A stretch of 64,000 nt of DNA from Convolutriloba macropyga. Its lineage: Eukaryota. The notes beneath the pieces are model-generated. The model was not told where the DNA came from. It ran no database searches and was given only the letters and a program-made list of their open reading frames with translations. The stretch is from assembly GCF_964194025.1 (NCBI RefSeq), contig NC_134472.1, positions 76,632,001-76,696,000 on the forward strand. Direction: 5' to 3'. Below, one piece after another: positions 27,841 through 40,800 of the stretch; the first letter of the stretch is position 1, and each line of letters begins with the position of its first letter. Made by a program: the position numbers and the translations under genes.

Positions 27841-28160
27841 CGGATCTAGGAAATAAACCCCCGCCTGTTTATAATGGGAAATAAACCCCCAATAAAAAAC
27901 ACCCCCAAGGAAAAACCCATGTAATCATTGAAAGATGAGATTCAAATGAAAACCATCAATGCAAAAACTTAAACACGCATGCCTAAAAAAATTCACGTGA
28001 TTTTCACGTTCTGCGTTACATATTCAAGCTTTAACTTAATAAATTATGCATTTCAGTGTCAGCAATTGGATATGATTCCGTCAGTTTTTTTTAAAGAGCG
28101 GGTTTTTCCTATCTAAATTTGGGCGTTTTTTTTTCCGTGAGGGGTTTTCTCCGAAACCGG
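27841..28160. mobile_element. Probable MITE with degenerate TIRs and aaacccc sub-repeats
   Basis: cggatctaggaaataaacccc ... ggggttttctccgaaaccg. Confidence 0.45.
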
Positions 28161-30715
28161 ATAGATGTTCATTATTGCTTCCAGTAAACTTGCCTTGGAC
28201 AATTAAGAAGGCAGAAAAAGTACTTCACCTTCCTACTTTTGAGTTCATTCAGAACATCCTGAAGTAGACTGGAAAACCAGCGAAAAATCAGCGGAATTGA
28301 CAACTGTGAAATTATACTATTTTGGTTTTGAGTCATCATGGCACCACAATTTGACAATCACCTGAAAATCCGCCGATTCCGAACTATCCAAAACCAGCCT
28401 TAAGATTCATAAGAGAGAATCTGAACTCAAACCTAATTGATTTACCAATGCAGAGTTGTGACTCTATCTTTTTTAAACGCAAATTTCGTGAAAACGCTAC
28501 CTGGCTAATTCCTTTTCCACATTACTTAGCTTAAAAAGAATGTGAATAAAAGTGTAGAATTCAAGAAATGAAACCCACAATCAAAATTTCGTGATGATCA
28601 TCAAAAAAGAGCGAGTGCCAAAAGCGCATCATGGTAGAGCTAAAGGAAATTGAAGGACCACAAAATAAATCACTCAAAGAAAATTAAAGCGCCTGAAGAC
28701 AGTGCCGAGTCTTACAGAAGTAACACTTCAACAGTTACGCAAAACTAACCTTTATAGAACCCAGGTTTACCAAATTTTTTTTATCATAAACGATTCCCTT
28801 CATATATAACGTCGCCTTCATTAGCTGAGCTATTATGTCACATGATATTAGCGATTAAAATAACTTCTTTCAGAGATGAATATTGCTTGCACAATTTTTA
28901 TGGTTATCAAATAATTGTTTTCTGTCATCTCTACAGTTCATGACCTCAAGTTTTTCCGTGTTTGACTCGGCACTGGTGCAAGTAAGGTACTCAATTTAAA
29001 CTACCTCAACATTTAATTCACAATTTGAACCAATATTTTTAATTAAGAAAAGCGTTGCTTTTCAGGCTAATATGAATTCAATTGAGGACCTTGAAAATTT
29101 AAGAGGTAGATGGCGAAATATATCATTTGTAAAATATAAATTCTTCAATACTTTCAAAAAGAACAGAACAGAAAATTTAGACATAGCTTTGCCACAGAAA
29201 TCTAAGACTCGAAATTTACAACATCATATGGAAAAAAGATTGCCTTCAAAAAAAGAATTAGGTACACTGAGACAGGACATATAAAGTTAGCATTTCAACA
29301 AACTGATTCGAATTTACTCATTCGAAGCAAACTGAATCCAGTTATTGATAGGAGAAATTTGGTCATCACTGTTTGATTGCTTGAACAAATCGGGAAAAAA
29401 TAACGCGAAACTCACGACAAAAATTAATTAGTGAGATCGAATTCAAAATGGCAAATTGAATTCTAGAAATTTAAGAAAATACAAATTAGAGCTTCATGAT
29501 TTAATTCAATAATAACATGATACAATAATGCTCTTTTAAGCTCAGCATGAAATATTCAATTGGCGCATGTGCTTCAAATATTAGCATTTGATATTAGATT
29601 TCAGTGAGCTGAGTAAGAGCCATTGTAATAATAAATTTGAGAGATGAATTAGATAGATAGATAGACCACAGTACAACAAACATAAATTGGTCTACATAGT
29701 AAAAGTTATGACTCATAATCACACACACACACACACGCTACACTTTAAGGAATCGCAATTTAAGGAAAGAGAATTTGGCGAAATTGATCAAAATTTAGGC
29801 AATGAAAAATATAAATTTGAATAGGCCATATGTTAGCATATGCCCTGAACTTGAAATGAAATTATACTGCTCACATACACATCTTGAGAGAAATATTTAA
29901 ACTGAGCAAAATTAGAAGAACGCTCAATCAATTATTGAACAGAAAGATAAATTTGAGCAAATAAATTGAGCAAAATGCCCGCTACCACAAATAATAAAAT
30001 TTGAAAGAAACTTGATAAGCTTTCTGAGGAATGTAGGAGACATAACAAAAAAGAAACAAGAGGTCAAAAGCTTCATCACATGAAACTTAAAAATGAACAG
30101 CTTCATCTCAATATTTAAAACATTTTCAAAGTTGACACTATAATTATGACACTATAAATTAGCTCAAAAAATTAACAACTGTTCATTTTTTTTTTGCTTA
30201 TGGAGATAGAAAAAAAAGCGTTTGATAGAAGATTTATAATCTGCTTTGGCGTTTTATGCCAAAATCAAAAGAAATCAAATAAATTGCTCGATTTTGGAAG
30301 TTAGCACGTCATAGTCACAATACATGGTAGTCAAATATTAGATAGAACATTTCGTTGGATAATTTGTAACTCTCTCTGTTTGTAAGTTTTGTCAAATTTG
30401 TATTCTAAATTTGTATCTCATCATCTAATCTTGTAACCTGCCGCTAAAGATCGTTGCCTTCCGAATTTACCGACGAAACTGAACTGTCCAGTTTGGAGAC
30501 TTTTCGTCAATTCAGAAGACAAAGAAATACTTGTAAAGACAATTGATTGCAACTGCAGTGTTAGAGGTCAACATTGTCCCACGCAACAGCTTTCGACTCT
30601 TCGATCCTTATTTATGAAGTCAAGATCCAATCCATTAAATAATCCATATCTTATAACAGCTTCTTTTTTATCGTCTCTATTCCAATAACTCGAATAAAAC
30701 AGCCCAGTACATTCT

Positions 30716-30915
30716 TCAATACTGAAGTTGAGCATTGGATGCAGGTCCGTTAGCTCCACTGGCGGAGGCATTCCTTCCACCCATGGTGGACATTAGGTGG
30801 AGTCCATTCGGTGCTGCTGGTGGGTTGGCAGGCACTGCTCCCCCTGCCCCATTTGCACTATTCTGTGACGACTGCTGGTCAACCACCGATCCAGATCCAT
30901 TCAATGTTCCATTGG
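30716..30915 (-). CDS. RBMS1: RBMS-like terminal coding exon
   Basis: Acceptor tgtcttttaag|CC; phase matches; ends ...ASNAQLQY*. Confidence 0.78.
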
Positions 30916-33900
30916 CTTAAAAGACACAAAAAGACTGCTAATAGAAAACATTGTAATGAAAAGTTTTTTCCAGGCAATTTTTCCAGCACAGGTTCTGCTT
31001 TAAGAACTTCAGTACATATTCTAATGATCTGAGACACTGCTATTATCGTTTCAGTCCGAGTGCAAAATAGCGTTCTAAACATCAATGCAGAAGAATGACT
31101 CGAAAGCACGTATGGACTGTGCGTCATATCATTCATAAAAACCAATTTACTCGATTTCTTTCTAAAACAATTTGGTCCCAGACAGGCAAAAAGGTAAATG
31201 TAAGAGAATTTGCCAATTTGTTAACAAAAGCTATACTGAGTAAAAAATCGTTACCAAAAATTTCAGTAACCTCGGCTAAAAGTTTACAGTTTTTAAAGTA
31301 AGAATTTAACAGGGCTTGGCAGTTGAAATAATTGAAATCGGAATAAACAAAATCAACCATAAGGCAGTAGTAAGGAAAAAATTTATCTCCAGTCATTGAG
31401 TCAACATGAAGAGCAAATAAAGCAAATTTTCAATAACAATTTTTGAAAAAAAACATTCAAATAAGAGTAAATTTGCATAATCGGTGAAACAATATTGACA
31501 ACTTTTTGCGGTCAATAAAAAACAAAAAACTCGACTTTCTCGTGTTTTCAATTCTATAGCTAGCTCAGCTTGAAATACGTCAAATTTTAATTGAGTTGGA
31601 ACAACAAGTAGAATCGATATGAACCGTATAATGCATTAATTGCAATTCCTCTGATCTATTCAAAGGTAACAGCTATCCTCCTTTTTTATAAAAAAAGGAC
31701 CGTCAATCACTTTCAAATTTTGATCCTTTACCTCCTTTACTCAAAGACTTGTGGACAACTAACCAGATCATGGAGATCTTCTACTAAAATCTGCCAAAAT
31801 ATAAAATCACGAAAAATTAATTTCATTTAGTTGCATAAAAACAAGGATTAATCAATTTCCAAATTTTGATCCTACGCCTTCACCCCCTCAATGCGAACAA
31901 ACACGCATGCACCCCACGACGCATATACACATATCGTAAACGCACGCATACTCACGCATATAAATTGGTAATTATATTAACTATAGCGTACAAATTTAAT
32001 CTTGGTTTTGATCAACGTCCATAAACAATTAAATCCATCCTTCAAAGTCCAATGATAACAATTGCTAAACACAACTTTACCACGCAACGCCAATTTTCCA
32101 CTTTTCTGCATTAAACACGCAGAGGTTAAACTGAATTCTTCCATTTGGATATTTTGTAGCTCCCTGCTGATGGATGAGGACAAAAACTAATAAGAATTAA
32201 GTGAAGTCCCCACTCATTGGGTGACATTTAAACAAGGAAGGGCTCCTCTCATAAAGTGAGTCCGATGTGACTTGAGGTTAGTGAGTTCTTGAACNNNNNN
32301 NNNNNNNNNNNNNNNNNNNNNNNNNNNNNNNNNNNNNNNNNNNNNNNNNNNNNNNNNNNNNNNNNNNNNNNNNNNNNNNNNNNNNNNNNNNNNNNNNNNN
32401 NNNNNNNNNNNNNNNNNNNNNNNNNNNNNNNNNNNNNNNNNNNNNNNNNNNTGAATGGAGTTAAATGTATTTGCATGACTGAATCTGCACAGAAGTTCCA
32501 AAATGATCAACGCTCGTTTTTTTTCTTAAGGTGAGCAAAAATTTAAAATTTGACTAAAAGATCGATTCAGTTTTTAACAACTTTTTCATTGATACCACAT
32601 TTAATTCTTCTCAAAAGATATCGATCGGCCACAGTCGTCTTGGCCAAAAACTTTGCTATTATCGAGTTGCATTCGAAATTAAATTTGGAATAAAAAAAAT
32701 TATCAATCTGTCAAAGAGGACTCAATTTGACATGTAGCTTTCTTGAATAGCAGGCACTTATCAATCTCTGTCTTATTTATCTTTCCCAGCCCCAATTTCA
32801 AGGATGATACTTCATGCAAGTTTTCACTAAAAACGTTTGGAGTGATCGGTCTGGTTTGAGCACCAACATCGCCAAATCAGACAGCAATAAAAATCTCAAC
32901 TCGTCAAAAAAATCCTATTCTGTTACATATATAAAGGGAGCAGAGATTGAAAAAGGGAGCAGAGATAAATAAGCGACTGACATTGAACGAACTATTTTGA
33001 GTTTTAAGAGAAACCTCTTTGATTGAAAATCTCTATTAAAAGCAAACCTTGTGATGCGAGTGCAGCTGCGTAGGCGGCAACTGCATTCTGCGGTACACCG
33101 GCAGCCCCGTTCTGCTGCTGAAGAGCGGCCCAATAGTGCTGGCTATTTCCATTGGCAGCCGAAGAAAAATTAATCCTGAAACAAACCACCGATGTTGAAA
33201 AACCTCACTTTATATCGGCCTTCAAATTGGATGTTTGAAGTTCCCTTCAAGGTCAACATAACAAAAACTTCATGTTAAAAGCGCAAAAAGTCTTTTTATC
33301 TTTAAATTAATTTTCGCATTGCCTTAAAGTCAAAGTCAATCATGATGCGGCTCTTTCCCGTTAGAGAAACCCACGAAAATATAGTCCTCCAGTATGCCAT
33401 TTGAGGTACATAGGTTCTAGCCCTATTCAGCTGGAGGGGGGGGGGCGTCTATATAGGGCAAGCGCCTAAAACTTCTTTTTGTTCAAAAGAATCTCGCAAC
33501 TACTAACTGTCCGTTGAATCCATTTGAGCTAGCACTCCCACTGAGACCGAATCCTCCGTTCGCCCCTTTCAAGTGATGCTGCAACTCATCCACCGCACTG
33601 GGTGGTGTATTACCTGAGTGGAATCCGTTCTGGGCTACACCACTCTGGGGATTGTCGAGGGGAGACGAGGCCCCGTTGAGCATTGCAGCCTGTACAGCAG
33701 ACATTCCACTGTTCTGCTGAGGATAGAAAATTCCAGCACCTGATCCCCGATTGTTCGTTGAAGCGCCATTCATACTTGCAGCCTGTATCAAACATTATAT
33801 GTTGAACTACTCGGATTTGAAATGCAGGTTTTGTGGTGAGAAACTGACTGGTTTAGTAATTTTTGGACTACCCATAAAGATTAGATATCAGAAAGTTGTG

Positions 33901-36671
33901 AAATAGCCCCAACTGAAGATAAAATTTAATAAGAAGGGGAGCTGCGCAATGGCGAACCAGTTGCATTTAGTTCCCAACAGAACAAAATTTCAGTCTTTAG
34001 TTTTTCTCGCGTGAAATTTGCTTCGGTATGGAATTGTGTCAACTTAGATAGAAACGAATAAAAAATATATCAGCGATTCGGTAATTGTTATTTGGCTTTC
34101 GGTTATTGTCAAATAATTAGTAGTCCCTTAGTTTAATTTGCAACTAAGTACATATAAAATCTAATCAATAACCGTTAGAAAATCTTCGACGAGAGTTGGT
34201 ACGAGGTGTCATAATCATGTTTCTGATTCAAAAACTACATTCTGGGCAAAATACTGCATTACAATTTGGTAATGAGCAACTGACTGAGTAGAGTAGAGTA
34301 GAGTAACTATACTAGCCTGTGAATTAGGATGATGTCTCTGTTGTTGTTGTTGTTGAGGATTGAACTGCAGGTGTCCCATTGAGTGGGAGAGATTGCTGAT
34401 CAACTGCTGCGCATTAGACTGTTGATGTTGCTGCTGGTACAACCCAGTCAGGTCTACCCCAGTACCGCCATTCAAGCCTAAATTCATCACACCAATTGCT
34501 ATGCACAGCAACGCTCTATCTGAGTCATCTCAACATACAGTATAGTACTAAAAAGCTAGCTACGACAAAAAAAAGCTCTAAAACAAATAAATCAACTGTA
34601 AGTTCCAATGCTTGTCTAGTCACGCGACTTGCCTTCAGCGTTTTAACGTTTTCATGAGGTTTGTATAGATTTCAGTTAGATTTCTAATTGCATCTGAGTT
34701 CTGATGCTAGTATTTACTGTCTAGTCATTATCAAGGTATGCTGCACCAAACTTAATTATTTTTTTCTGTGAGACTGGATTGATATGAAGGTTTTGTTGTT
34801 TAGCAGTCGAAGCGAAGGCTTCTTTAATGATTTACCTTCCCAATTACTTCTACATGAACACATCTAGTCTTAAAGTATACTCTAAATTTACTTGAGTTCA
34901 ACATTTTTTATTAGAGTAAGGAGGAACTAACTATTGGCAAGTGAGCTTTGATGGCTGGGTGCCCCCTGTTGATTAGTAGGACCACCCGCCCCTTGATGGT
35001 GGTGGTGATGATGCGCGTTGGACACATTCTGAGCTAAGGACGCAATGGTAGTGTTGTTAGGCTGGGAAGCACTGTGTGCGTTGGAAGCTAAAGCATTCAA
35101 ATGAAAAGTAATAAAAAGCGGTCATAAAGATTCAACACGAGATCGAAACTAGCGGTCATACATAAAACGAGACCGAGTTAATTGCGAATTCTCAGCTGAA
35201 ATAAAGAGCTAATTAAGCCTTTAGAGGACAAAATTTTGACTTTGCACTGACCTTCTGAAAAGTGGTTGTGACTGGCTGAGTTTATAAGGAAAGAGGGGGC
35301 GGAGCTGCTGGGACTATGTCCAATTGCACTATTGGCAGCAGAGCCAGCCGCACCCGATGACACTGAAACACTACCGCCCAGCTGCCCCAGTGCGGCTGAG
35401 TGGTTCTGGAAATACGGCGCGCCTCCAAGAGTTGCAGCCGCGGCTAAGGGATTGGCAGAGAGCAGGGAACCAGGGCCAGAAGCAGAGTTAGCGGGTGGCA
35501 CACCACCGAACGCCGCCGGGTTAGAGAGCAATAAATTATAGTAATTCAAGGCGCCCGTCGACGCCAGAGGATTGAGTCCGAAGGGAGCGCTGGATGCTGG
35601 CGACCAGGGAACTCCAGCGGGTGAATTTCCATTTACCGAGGGGTGGGCATTGGATGCTGGGCCATTAAAGCCCTTAGGGAAATTGGCATAGTAAGGTGTA
35701 TAGGCACTTTGATGATTGGAATAATATGAGTTGTGATGATTATGTTGATGATACGCATCATAGTGGTCATATGGTCCACCAGCGTACATTGGCTTTCTCC
35801 GTTTACCGGCATCGGCAAACTTGCAAAGAAGTTTGCAGTCTGGGTAGCCTTCTAGAGGTTTATTGTGAACCTGTGCAATCACTTTCTCGCACATTTCCTG
35901 AGTTTCCATCCTCACAAAACCCACCTTCTTAGTATTACCAGATTGATCACGTAAAATTCGGGTTGACACGACAGTTCCTAATTTCTGAAACACTTCTTCC
36001 AGCTTTTTCTCATCAAATCCTTTTGGCAAGTTTGAGATGTAAATATTGGTCAGATCTTGCTCCTGTTGTCGCGCCATTTGTGCGGGTATTCCCTCCTTTT
36101 GTAACTCAATCACAGCGCGCTTCGCTTCCTCTTCAGAAGAGAAATCGACGAAACCATATCCTTTACATACGAAACTTTGCTTATGCATAATAGCTTTGGT
36201 CGACACTATTTGTCCAAACCGTTTACACAAGTCATGCAATTTTCGATCATTAAAGTCAGAGGCCAGTCCACGGATGTACAGATTAGTTTTGCTTAGCTTT
36301 TCTCCCGAATGGTCGTCGCCATTTAATGCAATATCGTCCTGGTCTTCATCGTCTTCGGGGCTCATGAAAGAATCACTATTCATGCTCTCACCAACAGCAG
36401 AATCATCAACCGTTTTGTTTACAGGTTCGTCTTTCATTTCAATCGCTCCATCAGCTTCGTCATTTTCATCTTTTGCCACCTCATCCCCGTTTTTAGCTTC
36501 AATTCCATTCATTTCATACTTGGCGTGATTTTCAACTTCTAATTCGTTCTTAGATTCGACATCCGCACCTTCTAGGCTTTCTCCAATTTTCGACAAACTA
36601 TCTTCTGATGTATTAGCTTCATCTTTGATAACAACTTCCGATTTTTTAGCCTCCGAATTTTCTACAACCAT
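30716..36671 (-). CDS. RBMS1: RBMS/MSSP-family (shep/sup-26-like) RNA-binding protein: 2 RRMs plus low-complexity C-terminus; join(36671-35252, 35087-34932, 34477-34317, 33782-33508, 33175-33048, 30915-30716), 2340 nt, ~779 aa
   Basis: SKTNLYIRGL...IVSTKAI...CKGYGFVDF...AQMARQQEQDLTNIYISNLP...VSTRILRD...VGFVRME...LLCKFAD matches the RBMS signature. Splice phases (1,1,0,2,1) join in frame to TGA at 30716-30718. The symbol is family-level; orthology to a particular vertebrate paralogue is not implied. Confidence 0.93.
32295..32451. other. Assembly gap (157 N) in the last RBMS-like intron
   Basis: Run of N. Confidence 1.
33048..33175 (-). CDS. RBMS1: RBMS-like coding exon 5
   Basis: Acceptor tgtttcag|G, donor CAAG|GTTTGC; reads INFSSAANGNSQHYWAALQQQ...ASQ. 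Confidence 0.82.
33508..33782 (-). CDS. RBMS1: RBMS-like coding exon 4
   Basis: Acceptor tttgatacag|GCT, donor CA|GTTAGT; lies within ORF 33483-33791. Confidence 0.85.
34317..34477 (-). CDS. RBMS1: RBMS-like coding exon 3 (Q-rich)
   Basis: Acceptor aatttag|GC; reads LNGGTGVDLTGLYQQQ...PNSQ; donor is probably CAG|GCTAGT (alternatively a GT 9 nt further on). Confidence 0.78.
34932..35087 (-). CDS. RBMS1: RBMS-like coding exon 2 (contains HHHHHH)
   Basis: Acceptor atgctttag|CT, donor AATA|GTTAGT; reads ASNAHSASQPNN...AHHHHHHQGAGG...LAN. Confidence 0.8.
35252..36671 (-). CDS. RBMS1: RBMS-like coding exon 1 (acidic N-terminus, RRM1, RRM2, start of low-complexity region)
   Basis: 497-aa ORF 35178-36671; donor GAAG|GTCAGT at 35251. 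Confidence 0.95.
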
Positions 36672-36881
36672 GCTTGCATTAAATGAACTTCAATTAATCA
36701 GAATCTATTGAAATTGCAAATTATTGGATATTACTGGATTAACTCAAATAATACGTTGCAGGGTTAATGATTAATTGGTTTTTTGCGAGCAGACGAGACA
36801 GCTAAATATGAGGTGAATAAATAGGATAGCGATATTATACTTGCAGTAGCGTAATATATGCGTATGAGTACCAGAATAATA

Positions 36882-37119
36882 CTGAAAAAAAATTAAACAT
36901 TAAATTAAAAAATGGCAGAATAAAAATGAAATCGATACGGCAGCCACACTACTTCCGCTCTATATTAAATTTATAACTGATATTCTAATAGTTGGCATTT
37001 TATGGTTAAATAATTCTTCTTCATTTCATTAAACCAATTGAAGGAATTGTTGTTACACTGCGAGATATTTATATAAATTAAAGGCAAGCCTCAAAAACGT
37101 ATATGCTCACATAACTTAC
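36882..37119 (-). other. Probable 5'-UTR intron of the RBMS-like gene (non-coding first exon ending at 37120)
   Basis: Donor TTT|GTAAGT at 37119; acceptor aattttttttcag| at 36882. Confidence 0.55.
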
Positions 37120-37862
37120 AAACTTTCTCAAAAATTAAACTAACACACTTAGGAAACCGCGAAGCAGCAACTATCAAAAGACAGCTAGCTGGTCGAGTGT
37201 GCTCAAGGAGGAAATAATTCACCCAATTTATTGCAAAGAAAAAAAACAAAAAAGAACAAACGCTCGCTCCCAGAAGTAAGAAGCAAGCTCTAGCTGTAGT
37301 TCAGGTGATCTCAATAAAAATAAATTGTTCTTCATCTTTGTATCTCCATTCCGCGTTTTTGGTTCGAAGGGGCTAAAATAACGGGATGTCATAACAAGGC
37401 AGTGGTCAACAAACTACATAGCCAATTATGTACCCAAGGTAGAGTGTATTGACGAATGCAAGATCGATTTTTTTTTGTTTTTCAAAAAAATTAGTTTCAT
37501 GCTATGAAATGTTGGGCAGTTCCTCGCAACCTAATCCAGTGCCTTAAAATCTGGAAAAACATGACTCTGCAAACTTTATGAAAGAACAGGAGACGAAACA
37601 CGACCAATCTTGTAATAAAATTTGTTGTATACATTTACTGCTCCTGAGACAGCAAATGCTGCCGGTCTGAAAGCAAGTGTAAAAACAAGAGAATATACAA
37701 CTTGAACTATATGAAGATCAAACAATCTAGACAAATTCACCCAATGGACGGAGCAGTGAGCCCCCACTAGGAAACACCACAGCAGCGTATTTAAATTTAC
37801 TATAAGTACACCCGTTGTGATAATTGTTGTGATAAACTTATTAAATAGTTTCATATGCTGAA

Positions 37863-40800
37863 ATGGCAAGTGAGGATAACTTGAGGACAAACCCTACCGA
37901 AGAGAAAATTAGAACGAACTCTATCAGTCGACCCGGAGGGAAGAACTACTATCTCTCAATTACAGAGCTTGTGGAGGCTGATGACGACAGGCTCAGGGTG
38001 CTCACGGACGAACTAACCAAGGAATGGCTCATTTGGCTTTTAAAGGACACTGTGGCCCATCTTCGCGAAGCCAAGTCAACCTCATTTATTTAAAATGAAA
38101 TCAACGATAGTCTAACTAAAATAAAGAGTGATCATAGTGCAATTAAAGATATACCGATCCACGCCGAAGCAGTACTTATCCCCCAGTACCAAACGATGAT
38201 TTTGAATATCAACTGAAAATCATCGGGGTGCCTGAAAACATTATCAAGTTCCCAAAATAAAAAAGTTAAAGGAAAAAAGATGACGTGGAACACATTATTT
38301 CAAAATTAGGCAAAAAGTAAGAAATGGCTGACAATAGGAGGCTTGGCAAATACAATGCTGAAAAGTCACGTCCCATCCTGTCCAAACTAAATGGGAGAAA
38401 AGAATATGTCTACTTCATATAATTAAGCAAATTTTATCGCAGCAACGGCATTTTCATCGTTCCTGAGCATTCATCCTCAGACAAAGCCATTGAAAAACGA
38501 ATTTTGTCCAAACGTTTTGAACTAAATCAAGAAGGTATTGACCTCTCCCGTCTTTCAATCTCAAGCTATACCAGGACATGTGGACTGGCTAATTGAGCGT
38601 GGTACTTGGTTAAAATGCAAAATTAGAAGTTAAATTGTTAAGTAGATTAAGGTGAAGAAAAGTTGGTTTATATAGATTAAGATTTAATAGAGTGGTTAGC
38701 TATGATGGTAAGTTTGGTGTTCAATGAATGAATTTAATCCTCGCTTTGGTCGGTACCCAATATCGGTTCTATCATCGTGGTAAATTAACCAAGTTAACAA
38801 AGATATCTGAGTTTCGTTGATTTCGCTCGAAGCCCGAGCTTTGTCTAAGTTTAGAAGCCTTAGATTTAACGATTGAAGCTTTTCCTTTTTGTTGTTGCTG
38901 TGCTGTTATCTGTATTTCTACATACCTCCAGCGTCGTCGCGGTACTCGATTGAAACATCAACCATTGCAAATTGTTTTAGCCAATACATCAATCTTTTTC
39001 TTCTTTTGCTTATTCTAGAGGTATAGCAAATTATTCCTACTATTTTCTTGGTGACTACAATTTTCCGGGAATTGATTGGACAACCTTAACTGCTAAATGC
39101 GCTGTCGAACGACAATTTCTTGATATCGTCAATGACTGTGGTCTAAACCAGTTCTTTAACCTGCCAACACACAGTCGCGGCAACAATTTAGATCTCGTTT
39201 TGTCCACAGTAGACACTCTCTCCTATGCGGTTTTAGATGCCTCTTTTACTGACCACAAAGTTATTTGCTTTCAAGTGGCGTTACATAGTCGCAGCACTTC
39301 TACAATGGTCTATGCTTAATCGTCTTTCAATGCACTCAATTTCAACACAGAACTGACACGATTTTATTGGTTTTTGTTTTCTGATCCGTCGCTTCACCTT
39401 GACTATTATCAATCTTGGTACAATTACTTTTATTCGGCTCTGTCAAAATCTTTGAAAGTTAAGCGCAAAAAACGACTTGACTTGCCATTTTTTTTCTTCT
39501 CATACAATGCATCTATTGTACAAACGTGACACAGTTACCAGAAAACCATCAAAAGCGTTCTCTACTAAATTAAACTTTCAGAGGCTAAAACTGAGGGAAG
39601 ACATTGATACTTCAATTGAACTGGACAAATTCTCCTTGGTTTAACAGATCAACCTGAAAAATACGAAGCATTGTTATCGATTGCTGCGGTCACTGAAATC
39701 AAATTCGAAGTATCCTGCCTCGATGTTTTTCAGCAGCATCAAAGCTGTTACCAGCTTTGAGAAAGCTCAGCTTTTTAAAACGTTTTTCAGTTTGGTTTTC
39801 AAAGCCGGTTCACGCCTTTTACTCAAACTCCAAGCGGATGGTAGCATCCACTTGGAAGTTTTCTCTTTCACAATTGACGACGTGTACATTTTGCTAAGCA
39901 GAATTCCCGACAATTCATCAATGGGCATGGACGAAATTCGGTCTTTTGTACTGGAAGCTTGTGCTCAACAATTGTCACCATTGGTCTTCGAGTTTTTTTG
40001 CGGATCACTAAAACTCAGCAGTGGCCTTCTCAATGGAAAACATCAACCATTACTCCGCTTCACAAATCTGGGTCAACATACGATGTGACAAACTACAGAC
40101 CTATCAGCATCCTAACTAAATTGTCAATTGTTTTTGAGCGTTTAATATTCAACTTAATTTACTCAAGAGTCTGTTCCAAAATAAAACGTGAACAGCACGG
40201 GTTGATGAAACATCGTATCACGGTCACTCAACTCATTTCATTCTTGGACAAAGTTTATGCTGCTAAAGATACAACTCAAGATTGCTTTACTGTATATTTT
40301 GATGTGAAAAAAGCTTTTGACTCAGTTTCGCACGGGTTACTGTTACATAAACTATCTTCATTTGGTTTTGATCACAATCTCCTAATGCTCTTTCAATCAT
40401 ATCTCACTGATCGAAAGCAAGTTGTTAAAGTTGAGGGATGTTTTTCAAGTGAAGCAGTGGTGACGTCAGGAGTTCCTCAAGGTAGCGTGCTGGTTCCACT
40501 TATCTTTATCATTATTTTTAACGATGTTACAGACTCAATACAACATTCTGAATATTTTCTTTATTGCGATGACCTTAAATTGTTTTCTGTTTCTTCAATC
40601 CACAAAATTTGAAATGATATAGACAGCTTATCCACCTGGTCAATTTTAAACGAGTTGAAGTTTCATCCGGACAAGTGTAAAATTTTGTCTTTTAGTCAGC
40701 GCTACAACAATTCTGAGCTCTCTTTGAATGGGTCGCGCTTGAAACAAGTGGATTCAATTGTAGATTTGGGCATCACTGTGAACAGTTTATTGTGTTGGGA

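Noticed and set aside
30568-30780. 70-aa alternative-frame ORF overlapping the RBMS stop
   Set aside because: An in-frame stop lies just upstream, no splice route into this frame was found, and there is no recognisable motif.
32214-32534. ORFs spanning N runs (also 44770-45078)
   Set aside because: Artefacts of assembly gaps.
36046-36528. Plus-strand ORFs antisense to the RBMS exon (also 35332, 35696, 35963)
   Set aside because: Shadow ORFs of a GC-richer coding exon.
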